Positions 7,939-16,537 of a stretch of 48,695 nt of DNA are shown in pieces (within the stretch, counting starts at the first letter, position 1; every line of letters begins with the position of its first letter). The stretch comes from a virus (Duplodnaviria; Caudoviricetes), in IMG/VR virus record IMGVR_UViG_3300033405_000946, positions 1-48,695 of that record. One strand, given 5' to 3'. The notes below the pieces were generated by a model. The model saw only the letters and a list, made by a program, of their open reading frames with translations. It ran no database searches and was not told where the DNA came from. The position numbers and the translations under genes are program-made.

Positions 7939-9868
7939 ACCTCCCAAAACCGGGGCCGTCTTCACGATGGACATGGGTTTCCTTCGGGAACTTTCCCTTC
8001 CGGAGCGTCTTCCGGACGGCAAGGAGGCCGTGTTCGTCTTTCCGGACCGCGTGCGCCGGGCCTTCCGCGCGCCCTCGCGCCAGAGGGTGTCCGACTGGGC
8101 CGAAAAGCACTTCGAGGTGGTGGAGGGCTCGCGCCAAGGCCCCTGGCGCAACGCCAACGCCCCCTATCTTGCGGGCGTGCTGGACACCTGGCCACGGTAC
8201 TACGTGCGGGTGATCGTGCTGGTGACCCCTCCCCAGGTGGGCAAATCCAAGACCGGCGAGATCGTCGCCGCCTGGACCGTGGACCAGAACCCCGGCCCCT
8301 TCCAGTACATCCTGCCCGACGAGTTGGCTGCCAAGGGTGTCCTTCGTCAGCGCTTCGCTCCCCTCTTCAACCGATCCGCGCGCCTCAAGGGCTACCTGAC
8401 CGGCCGCAAGGACGACGTTTCCTATGAGGGCCTGCATCTCAAGAACATGACCATTTATTTCGACTGGGCGGGCAGCGCCGCGCGCCTGGCCTCCAAGGCC
8501 ATCCGCGACCAAGTGTACGACGAATGGGACAAGCATCCCACCGAACCATCCAAGAAAGAGGCCAGCTCCGCCGACCTGGCCGCCAAGCGCCAGCGGACCT
8601 TCCGGGACCGCAAGCAGCTCAAGATTTCCACGCCCACCACGGAAACCGGCCCCATCTGGCAGGCCTTTCAGGCCTGCGCGGCCAAGTTTCACTTCCATGC
8701 CCGCTGCAAGTGCGGCCATTACCAGCGCCTGCACTTCACCGCTCCGGACGGCTCGCCGCGCGTGTGCTGGCCCGAGGGCGCACGCGATCCGGACATGATC
8801 GAAGAGCACCGCCAGGCCTGGTACCAGTGCGAACTCTGCGGGGAGAAATGGGACGATTACGCCCGGGACAAGGCCGTCTCCCTCGGAAAATGGATCGAGG
8901 AGCGCACCGGGTTGGACCTGGACGCCCATATGGACGCCTACCGTCCGCGTCAGGTCGGATTCCATCTCTCGTCTCTGCATTCCCCCTTCGTGAGCCTGTC
9001 CGAGACTGCGGCCGCCTTCCTGCGCTCCAAGGGCGACAAGATGAAACTGCGCGATTTCATGAACGGCTACCTGGCCGAGCCCTGGGTGGACTACCACGTG
9101 GAGCGCAGCGAGGACCGCATCCTGGCCCTGCGCGACGAACGCCCGCGCGGCCTGGTTCCCGGCGATGGCAAGGTGGCCACTCTGGTGGCCGGCGTGGACA
9201 CCCAGACCGACCGCCTGGTCTACCGTATCCGGGCCGTGGGCTGGGGCGACGAGGAAGCAACCTGGGGCGTGCGCGAGGGCGAAGTCATGAGCTTCGAGGC
9301 CCTGGAGCAGGTCCTGTGGAGGGACAGCTACAAAGACGCCCAGGGTAATGAGTACGTGGTCCAGCTCACCGGCATCGACGCCATGGGTTCGCGCACCAAG
9401 GAGGTCTACGACTGGGCGCGCCGCCACACGGGGAAGGTGTACGCCCTACAGGGCGTGCCCCGCATGAATAAGCCCGTGGAGTTCAGCAACATCGATTATT
9501 ACCCGGGCTCCAAGATACCCATTCCCGGGGGCCTCAAGCTCATGAAGGTGCTGGTGGGATTTTTTAAGAACGACCTGGCCGCCAAGCTGGCCATTTCCCC
9601 GGACGATCCGGGCGCGTTCCGCCTGCACAAGGATACCACCGAGGACTATGCCCGCCAGATGACGGCTGAATACTACGACGACAAGGACCAGATGTGGAAG
9701 TGCCCGGAGAAGAAGGCCAACCACTTCTGGGATTGCGAGGTCTATTGCCTGGCGGTGGCCTACGTCCTGGGGGTGAAATATTGGCCCAAGCCCGAGGAAG
9801 TGAGCAAGCCAAAGCCGGCCCAGGACGCGTCCGGCCCGGCCAACTGGATAGCCAAAAGGAGAGGATGA
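7916..9868 (+). CDS. terL: Terminase large subunit, lambda GpA family
   Basis: Walker A PPQVGKS, DEWD, ISTPT, CxCG..CxxCG zinc motifs, GVDTQ nuclease motif, NHFWDCEVY; start codon uncertain (7916 GTG or 7967 ATG). Confidence 0.93.
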   Translation: MNQPNLVEPPKTGAVFTMDMGFLRELSLPERLPDGKEAVFVFPDRVRRAFRAPSRQRVSDWAEKHFEVVEGSRQGPWRNANAPYLAGVLDTWPRYYVRVIVLVTPPQVGKSKTGEIVAAWTVDQNPGPFQYILPDELAAKGVLRQRFAPLFNRSARLKGYLTGRKDDVSYEGLHLKNMTIYFDWAGSAARLASKAIRDQVYDEWDKHPTEPSKKEASSADLAAKRQRTFRDRKQLKISTPTTETGPIWQAFQACAAKFHFHARCKCGHYQRLHFTAPDGSPRVCWPEGARDPDMIEEHRQAWYQCELCGEKWDDYARDKAVSLGKWIEERTGLDLDAHMDAYRPRQVGFHLSSLHSPFVSLSETAAAFLRSKGDKMKLRDFMNGYLAEPWVDYHVERSEDRILALRDERPRGLVPGDGKVATLVAGVDTQTDRLVYRIRAVGWGDEEATWGVREGEVMSFEALEQVLWRDSYKDAQGNEYVVQLTGIDAMGSRTKEVYDWARRHTGKVYALQGVPRMNKPVEFSNIDYYPGSKIPIPGGLKLMKVLVGFFKNDLAAKLAISPDDPGAFRLHKDTTEDYARQMTAEYYDDKDQMWKCPEKKANHFWDCEVYCLAVAYVLGVKYWPKPEEVSKPKPAQDASGPANWIAKRRG

Positions 9869-10059
9869 TGATGCACGAGGGAGAAAAGCTGGTCGCGGTC
9901 CATGCGGTGTCCAAGCGCCTGGAGTGTTCGCTTTCCACAGTCTACCGCCTGATAGACAAGGGTAAGTTGCGGGCCACGGTGAGAGGTGTGGAAAGGGGCT
10001 ATATGGTGTACGAGTCGTCTATCGATGAGCACCTGAAAAGAAATCAGAATTCACAATAA
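9865..10059 (+). CDS. Small Xis/AlpA-like helix-turn-helix protein
   Basis: VSKRLECSLSTVYRLIDKGKLRA HTH_17-type pattern; coupled to the terL stop. Confidence 0.8.
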   Translation: MMMHEGEKLVAVHAVSKRLECSLSTVYRLIDKGKLRATVRGVERGYMVYESSIDEHLKRNQNSQ

Positions 10060-10132
10060 AAGAGGATGAATGCCATGAGTAATAAAATGTGCTGGCGCAT
10101 GCACATTTTTCAATCAAAAATCGAGCCTGAAA

Positions 10133-10732
10133 ATGTGCGCTGGTGAACACAAAACGGGCGGAAAGCCCGCGTTCACTCACCGCATCGTCCTGGATGGTCC
10201 GGATGGCCGCACCGTTGGGGTGCTCTATCCGGCCCAGGCATGGGCTGGGCGTCCCGGGGCACGGGAGGGAGTGTTCCGCCTCAAGGTGGACAGGGTATGG
10301 TACCGTCCGGGAGGGGTGAAGTACGTGTTCGTCACCCTGGCCGAGGCCTTTGCCGTGCTCTCGGGATCAGTCCGGGCTGTGGAAGCGTTGCCCGCCCCGG
10401 ATCTTCCGCGCGGAAGCGTGGTGAGGGTCAGGCCGCCGGGACGGCTTATGCCCACCCTGACGCGCACGAGGTCCGAGCCCTTCCAAGGCCCTGATGGGCG
10501 CTGGCAGGTTTTCGTGTCGCTCTTCGAGGAGTCGTTTTTGGTGGATGAACTGGAAAAGGAGAAGATGATCCATGTGCGGAAGAAGGTTGCGCGTTGCGTT
10601 GATCCTTGCGACGATCCTGACGGTCGTGTCGATGGGCGGAGGCAGTTGGGCGGCCGAGGTGAACGGCCATCGGGAGACGCGGTTCTCGCCGGAAGGCGGC
10701 TGCACGGAGCTGCTCGTCAAGACCATCGATAA
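10133..10732 (+). CDS. Hypothetical protein; 3' part overlaps the PLD gene and may not be meaningful
   Basis: ORF with phage-like codon use over its first about 145 codons; no recognised motif. Confidence 0.45.
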   Translation: MCAGEHKTGGKPAFTHRIVLDGPDGRTVGVLYPAQAWAGRPGAREGVFRLKVDRVWYRPGGVKYVFVTLAEAFAVLSGSVRAVEALPAPDLPRGSVVRVRPPGRLMPTLTRTRSEPFQGPDGRWQVFVSLFEESFLVDELEKEKMIHVRKKVARCVDPCDDPDGRVDGRRQLGGRGERPSGDAVLAGRRLHGAARQDHR

Positions 10733-11138
10733 CGCCCGGCATGATATCCGCGCCCTGGTGTATTCCTGCACCAGCAAGCCCATCGCCGCCGCGCTGATCC
10801 GCGCCCAGGAGCGCGGAGTGGTGGTGCGGGTGGTATCCGACCGGGTGAACCTGAAAGGGAAAGGGAGCGTCACCCCGCAGCTCGAAGCGGCAGGAATCGA
10901 GGTCAAGTACGACCTGGTGCACAAGATCATGCACGACAAGGTGGGGGTGTTCGACGGGTCGGTGGTGGCCACCGGGTCCTTCAATTGGACGGAGGCCGCC
11001 GAGCGGTCCAATGCCGAAAATCTAAACGTAATTTGGGACGCTGCCTGGGCGCAGGATCTGCTCGCGGAGTGGGGCAAACTGGAAGCGGTCAGCGTGCCTC
11101 GTGCGGAGGCGGAGACGAGGATCGGGAACCCCTTTTAG
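10572..11138 (+). CDS. Exported phospholipase-D-family endonuclease (Nuc-like)
   Basis: Signal-peptide-like N-terminus, FSPEGG, single HKD motif HDKVGVFD, GSFNWT..A...NAEN. Confidence 0.9.
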   Translation: MCGRRLRVALILATILTVVSMGGGSWAAEVNGHRETRFSPEGGCTELLVKTIDNARHDIRALVYSCTSKPIAAALIRAQERGVVVRVVSDRVNLKGKGSVTPQLEAAGIEVKYDLVHKIMHDKVGVFDGSVVATGSFNWTEAAERSNAENLNVIWDAAWAQDLLAEWGKLEAVSVPRAEAETRIGNPF

Positions 11139-11246
11139 GCACTTCGTCAAAACGTAGTCTGAGCCCTTCGGGCTTGCCACCTCTCCTGAAAATACGTTAC
11201 GTCCGGCCGCGCAGGCGTATTCGCCCGGGTAAATAGAGGGGGGGCT

Positions 11247-11495
11247 ATGCACGATTCGGATGTGCTGGGTGGCATAATCGGACTTGTGGTTTTGATTGGT
11301 ATTTTCCTTCTTTGTCGAGAAATAATCTGTTGGTACTGGAAGTTGAATAAAATCGTCTACTTCCAAGAATACCAAGTGAATTTGCTCAAGCTGATCCATA
11401 AGGAACTCAAAAAACTAAATGCAACTGGCGACAGAGTGGAGGACGTGGAACCGTCTGACCCCAAGGATATCCCGCAGGGAGCCCCAAATCCATAG
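11247..11495 (+). CDS. Small single-TM membrane protein (moron)
   Basis: GAGGGGG RBS, hydrophobic VLGGIIGLVVLIGIFLL, then REIICWYWKLN and a coiled-coil; AT-rich. Confidence 0.7.
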   Translation: MHDSDVLGGIIGLVVLIGIFLLCREIICWYWKLNKIVYFQEYQVNLLKLIHKELKKLNATGDRVEDVEPSDPKDIPQGAPNP

Positions 11496-11697
11496 CCTCG
11501 CTTGATCCTCCAGAAAATTTCTGGGCGGCCCTGGTGATGCTTGCGCGGTTTTGGCGCTTGCGACCTGGCGATGTCGAGGTGCCGGGTGATCGTGAAGGAC
11601 TTGGGAGAGTTGGTGGAGGAATTGAGGGCTTGCTAATTTTTGGAAGTATTCATATATGACACTGCAAAGGTGCCTTCGCTTTTTAAAGGAGAGAGGA

Positions 11698-11991
11698 ATG
11701 TCAACACAAGAAGTTGATTTCAATAAGGTTGTTGCCGACTGCATGCAAGACAAAGACCTCCCAAGAATTTATGCAAATGGGTTTATGACATTCCTGGGAA
11801 ATTCTGACGCAGGAGTTATTCTCCAGCTAGACGGACGTCCACTGACCATGATTCACATGTCATATACACTTGCTAAAACCCTTTGCTTAAAACTCGGAGA
11901 GGCAATAGAACATCTTGAGAAGCAAACCCGGAATACAATAATGACCACAGACACTCTTTCTGGTCCAACGGGTGAAGAAGGCCCGCAATGA
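11698..11991 (+). CDS. DUF3467-like protein (gene 1 of AT-rich operon)
   Basis: AAGGAG RBS; IYANGF...MSYTLAKTL..KL...I..LE pattern resembles DUF3467 (YxN...MSPxxAKxL). Confidence 0.6.
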   Translation: MSTQEVDFNKVVADCMQDKDLPRIYANGFMTFLGNSDAGVILQLDGRPLTMIHMSYTLAKTLCLKLGEAIEHLEKQTRNTIMTTDTLSGPTGEEGPQ

Positions 11992-12581
11992 CAAACTACA
12001 TCGCCTCCGTCTCTCGGTTGATTGGTGCGTTGTCGTCCAACGCCGAATCGAGAGCTGCAAAAAAAATCCATTCCTTTGAACATGTCAAAAACGGATGGAA
12101 CTTTGGCGAAGGAATTGCACCTGATGATTCGACTATCGCTGAGGCACTAACAATAGAAGGCCTCGGATATACATTGAACATTGAGCGGGATGCATTCCTG
12201 GGGGACTCCGGAGAGATACTCGTTTCATTTTACTGCAAGGATGAACACCTGGGAGTGACAATAAACCCCGACTTAACAAAAGAGCTTTTCTTGGAAAAAG
12301 GCATAGGGTTCTCATTTGACGAATTGCTCAGGATTGATGAAGCTTCCATCGAAACTATAAAGGAGCAGTTGGCATGCCTTGCCCAGAGGGGTCTGAATAC
12401 ATTAGGATCATTAAATATGAAAGATATGACCATCGACTCAAGCGAATCGCAAGTCTGGCATTCAGAAACTACAAAGGCGGGATATCGGTTCTGTGCAAAA
12501 ACTGCATCGAAAACGGAGACATACCCTCGGTTTGTGAGCACATCCGGGCTCTCTACCCCAATGCTCATAGCGAGCCTATAA
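11988..12581 (+). CDS. Hypothetical protein with GWN/GWD-xG motif and Ser/Thr-rich tail; candidate antitoxin (gene 2)
   Basis: ATGA overlap with gene 1; motif NGWNFGEGIAP; last about 69 codons overlap gene 3. Confidence 0.65.
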   Translation: MTNYIASVSRLIGALSSNAESRAAKKIHSFEHVKNGWNFGEGIAPDDSTIAEALTIEGLGYTLNIERDAFLGDSGEILVSFYCKDEHLGVTINPDLTKELFLEKGIGFSFDELLRIDEASIETIKEQLACLAQRGLNTLGSLNMKDMTIDSSESQVWHSETTKAGYRFCAKTASKTETYPRFVSTSGLSTPMLIASL

Positions 12582-12823
12582 TATTTTGGGAGATGGATGC
12601 CGAGTCAATTGCGAACATTGAGTCACTAGATGGCTGCTTTTTCCCTGAAAAAAGTACATCTGGAGACATTTGCCACTACGACATCAAAAAATTAAATGAC
12701 AAATTAGCCAAAAAAGTTTTCGATACCCACTGCAAAGAAGTAAATCTCTTTATCTGTTGCGCAGGCAATGTAGTTCCTTTTTCGATTAAGCAAATGGAAT
12801 CACTACACGCAATGGCATCCTAG
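12374..12823 (+). CDS. Putative ADP-ribosyltransferase-fold toxin (gene 3)
   Basis: AGGAG RBS 8 nt before ATG; YIR...AF...GGISV...D-x-x-HY pattern resembles the R-S-type ART fold (Tse2-like); function inferred. Confidence 0.5.
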   Translation: MPCPEGSEYIRIIKYERYDHRLKRIASLAFRNYKGGISVLCKNCIENGDIPSVCEHIRALYPNAHSEPIIFWEMDAESIANIESLDGCFFPEKSTSGDICHYDIKKLNDKLAKKVFDTHCKEVNLFICCAGNVVPFSIKQMESLHAMAS

Positions 12824-12829
12824 TTCCCC

Positions 12830-12859
12830 AGGCCCTCCCCCGAGGGCCTTTTCTTTTCC
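12830..12859 (+). terminator. Rho-independent terminator closing the moron operon
   Basis: GGCCCTC-CCCC-GAGGGCC then TTTTCTTTT, 7 nt after the gene 3 stop. Confidence 0.85.
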
Positions 12860-12974
12860 CTCCCCAACCTGATTTTTCCCCCAAACCTCACATTTAAGAA
12901 TCTTAATTCTCATAGTTTTCTTGCTTCTCTCAATTTCTAGCCACGCCTGATCCTCCCCGGTTATTTGCGGCTCC

Positions 12975-13247
12975 ATGTGCGACAGCATATGGACCCTCCA
13001 AGAGCTTGAGGCAAACATAACGGCCACCAAGGCCGCTATTGCCGCTTCAACCGCCAAGAAAATCCATGAGCAGGGCGGGGGCACCTCCGCCCATGTAGCC
13101 GATACCTATCGTCCGCTTTCCGAGCTGCGCGAGTTGTTGGTTTACTACCAGCGTGAGCTGGACAAGCTGAACCACAAGGGCGGCATCAAGACCCGATCCT
13201 TCATTGCCCAGCGGTTTGATCCCTTGACGCGCAGGGGGTCGTGGTGA
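12975..13247 (+). CDS. gpW-like head-tail joining protein
   Basis: Small helical ORF directly before the portal; WT.QEL...I...KAAI...L.ELRE.L pattern. Confidence 0.65.
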   Translation: MCDSIWTLQELEANITATKAAIAASTAKKIHEQGGGTSAHVADTYRPLSELRELLVYYQRELDKLNHKGGIKTRSFIAQRFDPLTRRGSW

Positions 13248-14833
13248 GCCGTTTGGGCGCCAGGCTGGCCGCTGGCCGCTCCGCTTCCGGCGTGAGCGGG
13301 ATGCCGATTGCCCCTATTTCCCGCACGGCCGGGCGTTTTCGCGGTTCCATGTCCAACTGGAACCCGCTCCAGTCTCTTCGCCAGCAGATCCCGCACGAAC
13401 GCCGCCTGATAGCCTTCCGGGCCGATGATCTGGCCCACAACGACGCCCATGCCTCATCCCTGGTGGGATCGCTGGCCTTGAACGTGGTGGGGGCCGGTTT
13501 CGCGGTGCAATCGCAGATAGACTTCAAGGCCCTGGGCATCACCAAAGAAGAGGCCACGCTGGTGCAAGCCCAGGCCGAACGGGCCTTCGCCATCTGGTCC
13601 AAGGAGGCTGATGCGGGCGGCCGCATGACCTTCGAGGACATGTCCTATCAGGCCTTCTGGTGCGCCGTCACCCTGGGCGAATATCTGAACCTGTGCCGGA
13701 TGTTCAGTGATGCCGAGATGGCGCAGCGCGACCGCACGTTCTCCTTCGCCTTGCGGGCCATATCGCCCCACCGGCTTTCCACCCCGGCCGAATATCTGGT
13801 GGACCCCACCGTGGCCGAGGGCGTGCAGCTTGGCGAGGATGGCGAGCCCCTGGGTTACTGGATTGAGAACCCGGAACCCTTCACCGGCAAACTCCTACAG
13901 AGCGCTTCCCAGCTTTGGTACACCTACAATCCGGCCCGGCAGGCACACCGTCCGGTAGTGCTGCATGGGTTTCCGGTTTGCGGGCCGGAAATGGTGCGGG
14001 GCGAATCCGTGCTGGCTCCGGCCATGAAGTTCTTCCGGGATCTGAACGACTGCCTGGACTACAACCTCATCGGCCAGATCGTCACCGCCGCCTTCCCCAT
14101 GGTGGTGTACACCGACGACCCCACTTGGGCCGCGCAGAATCCGCACCATCATGCCCAAGGCATGGAACGCGCCCGTTCGCACTTGAGCGAAGTGCCGCCA
14201 GGCTCCGTGGTCTATCTGGAGAATGGCGAGCGCATGCAGGCCATCACCAACAACAACCCGCCCAACACCTTCGACGCCTTCGTGGAACGCATCCTGCGCG
14301 CTGCCGGGGCTGCGGCCGGCATGCCCTACGAGATCATCAGCAAGGATTTCTCCAAGACCAACTATTCCTCGGCCCGGGCCGCGCTCCTGGAGGCCTACCG
14401 GGCTTTTTCCCGCTATCAGCACTGGTTCAAACGCAAGTTCCTGCAACCCTGCTGGGACGCGGTTTTCGAGGAAGCGTGGCTGCGGGGCATGATCGTGCTG
14501 CCCAAGGGCGCGCCCGACTTCTACGAGGCCAAGCACGATTGGATCAACTGCCGCTGGATTCCGCCCAAACGCGGCTACGTGGACCCCCTCAAGGAGATGG
14601 CCGCCAACATCGAAGGCCTGGAAGCCGGGCTGCTCACCTACTCGGAAATCATTGAATCCAACGAGGGGGATTGGGAGCGCAGCTTCGAGCAGCAGGACCG
14701 CGAGCGTCAACGCCGCAAGGAATTGGGCCTGCCCCTGCCGTCCGGCAATCCGACGCCTCCCGCCACCACGCCTACCACCCTGGAAAAGCAGCTTGGCGAG
14801 GAAAGCGAGCCCCAGGAGGAAAAAGCCGCATGA
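13241..14833 (+). CDS. Portal protein, lambda family
   Basis: RADDLAHND, GVQLGEDGEPLGYW, RGES.LAP, DFSKTNYSSARAALLE, W.PP....VDPLKE. Confidence 0.95.
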   Translation: MVSRLGARLAAGRSASGVSGMPIAPISRTAGRFRGSMSNWNPLQSLRQQIPHERRLIAFRADDLAHNDAHASSLVGSLALNVVGAGFAVQSQIDFKALGITKEEATLVQAQAERAFAIWSKEADAGGRMTFEDMSYQAFWCAVTLGEYLNLCRMFSDAEMAQRDRTFSFALRAISPHRLSTPAEYLVDPTVAEGVQLGEDGEPLGYWIENPEPFTGKLLQSASQLWYTYNPARQAHRPVVLHGFPVCGPEMVRGESVLAPAMKFFRDLNDCLDYNLIGQIVTAAFPMVVYTDDPTWAAQNPHHHAQGMERARSHLSEVPPGSVVYLENGERMQAITNNNPPNTFDAFVERILRAAGAAAGMPYEIISKDFSKTNYSSARAALLEAYRAFSRYQHWFKRKFLQPCWDAVFEEAWLRGMIVLPKGAPDFYEAKHDWINCRWIPPKRGYVDPLKEMAANIEGLEAGLLTYSEIIESNEGDWERSFEQQDRERQRRKELGLPLPSGNPTPPATTPTTLEKQLGEESEPQEEKAA

Positions 14834-16152
14834 AATTCGACCACATCTTGAAGGCCATGAGCGAGCCCTGGGCCATCACCATGCAGATGATGGACGCCAT
14901 AGGCAATGCCGTGGATCAGCTCATGGCCGGCCAAAATCCGGACCTGGCCGCCTTCGAGGGAAATAAGAGCAAGGATCAGCCCAAGCCCTATGACCTGCAG
15001 GGCGGTGTGGCCGTGATCCCGGTCTCCGGAACCCTGGTCAAGTCCGATCCCTATATGTGCTTCACCACCTATGGCGGCATCAAGGACGCGGTTTCCAAGG
15101 CCCTGGCCGATCCCCAGGCAAAATCCATCCTGCTCAATATGGATTCTCCGGGCGGCGAGGTCAACGGCGTGAAGGACGCCGCGGACGCCATCAAGGCTGC
15201 CGACGCCATAAAGCCGGTCTACGCCTTCGCGGACGGCCTGATGGCCTCAGCCGCCTACTGGCTGGGCTCGGGGGCCAGGGAGATCGGGGCTTCGGCCACG
15301 GCCAACGTGGGCTCCATCGGGGTCATGACCGTGCATTATGACCGGTCGGGCCAGGACAAGCAGCGCGGCGTGGCCCGCACCTTCATCCACGCCGGCCAAT
15401 ACAAGACCGTGGGCAACGATGCCGCGCCGCTGCCCGATGCCCACCGCCAGATCATCGAAACCAGGCTCGGGGATATCTATTCGCTTTTCCTCTCCACCGT
15501 GTCCGCCAACCGGAACCTTGATCCGGCCAAGGCTGGCGCCTGGGCGGACGGCAAAGTTTTCATCGCGGACAAGGCCAAGGACGCCGGTCTGGTGGACCAG
15601 GTGATGAACTTCGACGCTTACCTGGCCCGCATTCAGGACCAAACCTCAACAACATCCAACCGGAGGAATCCCATGGATATCAACCAACTTAAGGCCGAAC
15701 ACCCGGACCTGGTGAAGCAGCTCCAGGGCGAGTTCGCGGAAGGCCTCAAGGCCTCGGCCCAGGCGCAGCCTGACCTGGCCAAGGTCAAGGCCGAGGGCAT
15801 GGCCGAAGGCATCAAGGACACTCTGGCCTTTGTCCGGGCCACCCTGGGCAAGGAAGTGGGCGAGTCCTTGGCCGCCAAGATGGAAAACCTGATCGCGGCC
15901 GGCGTCACCGGCTCGCAGGTGGAAGCCCTGTGCGCCGCCGGCATGATCGCGCCGCCCAAGGCCGAGGAACCAAGGGCCGGCGACAAGAAAGCTGAAATCC
16001 TGGCCGCCTTGCAGAAAACCGGGGCCAACCCCGTGAAGCCCGGGACGCCGGTCGAGCCCGACGGCAACAAGGCCGTGGTGGCCGCTTTGGCCAAGGGCAT
16101 CAAGGATGGCCTGCGCTTCCGGGGCCAGCACAAGGAGGTGAGCCATGCCTAA
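14830..16152 (+). CDS. S49 (SppA-like) head maturation protease fused to scaffold
   Basis: DSPGG, MASAAYWL, VGSIGV motifs; low-complexity scaffold-like C-terminus. Confidence 0.92.
   Translation: MKFDHILKAMSEPWAITMQMMDAIGNAVDQLMAGQNPDLAAFEGNKSKDQPKPYDLQGGVAVIPVSGTLVKSDPYMCFTTYGGIKDAVSKALADPQAKSILLNMDSPGGEVNGVKDAADAIKAADAIKPVYAFADGLMASAAYWLGSGAREIGASATANVGSIGVMTVHYDRSGQDKQRGVARTFIHAGQYKTVGNDAAPLPDAHRQIIETRLGDIYSLFLSTVSANRNLDPAKAGAWADGKVFIADKAKDAGLVDQVMNFDAYLARIQDQTSTTSNRRNPMDINQLKAEHPDLVKQLQGEFAEGLKASAQAQPDLAKVKAEGMAEGIKDTLAFVRATLGKEVGESLAAKMENLIAAGVTGSQVEALCAAGMIAPPKAEEPRAGDKKAEILAALQKTGANPVKPGTPVEPDGNKAVVAALAKGIKDGLRFRGQHKEVSHA
15673..16152 (+). CDS. Nested in-frame scaffold protein (lambda Nu3-like)
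   Basis: Internal GGAGG RBS before ATG 15673 (MDINQLKAEHPDLV). Confidence 0.6.
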   Translation: MDINQLKAEHPDLVKQLQGEFAEGLKASAQAQPDLAKVKAEGMAEGIKDTLAFVRATLGKEVGESLAAKMENLIAAGVTGSQVEALCAAGMIAPPKAEEPRAGDKKAEILAALQKTGANPVKPGTPVEPDGNKAVVAALAKGIKDGLRFRGQHKEVSHA

Positions 16153-16534
16153 TCAGCTCGTGAACACCGTCGGGACCTACAACCCCGACAATCTCATAGG
16201 CGGCGATTATCCCTTGGTGACCGAGGGCGTGCTGGTGGCTTCGGGCCAGGGCATTCTGCCTCGCGGCTCCGTGCTGGGCGTTATCACCGCAGCCGGCAAC
16301 GCCAACCTGGGCAAATATCTGCTCAGCGCCGCGGCGGCCAACGACGGTTCGCAGAATCCGGTGTGCATCCTGGCCGATCATGCCGACACCACCAGCGGGG
16401 ACGCCACCTCCGAAGCCTACATCACGGGCGAGTTCTGCATCGACGCCCTGACCTTCGGCACCGGCCAGAGCGCGACCACCACCACCAACGCCCTGCGCGA
16501 CCTCAACATCTATCTCAAGCAGAGCAGGAGCTAA
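16145..16534 (+). CDS. Head decoration protein (gpD-like)
   Basis: GQG.L.RGSVLG, DGSQ.P.CIL..., Y.TGEF; between protease and capsid genes. Confidence 0.88.
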   Translation: MPNQLVNTVGTYNPDNLIGGDYPLVTEGVLVASGQGILPRGSVLGVITAAGNANLGKYLLSAAAANDGSQNPVCILADHADTTSGDATSEAYITGEFCIDALTFGTGQSATTTTNALRDLNIYLKQSRS

Positions 16535-16537
16535 GCC

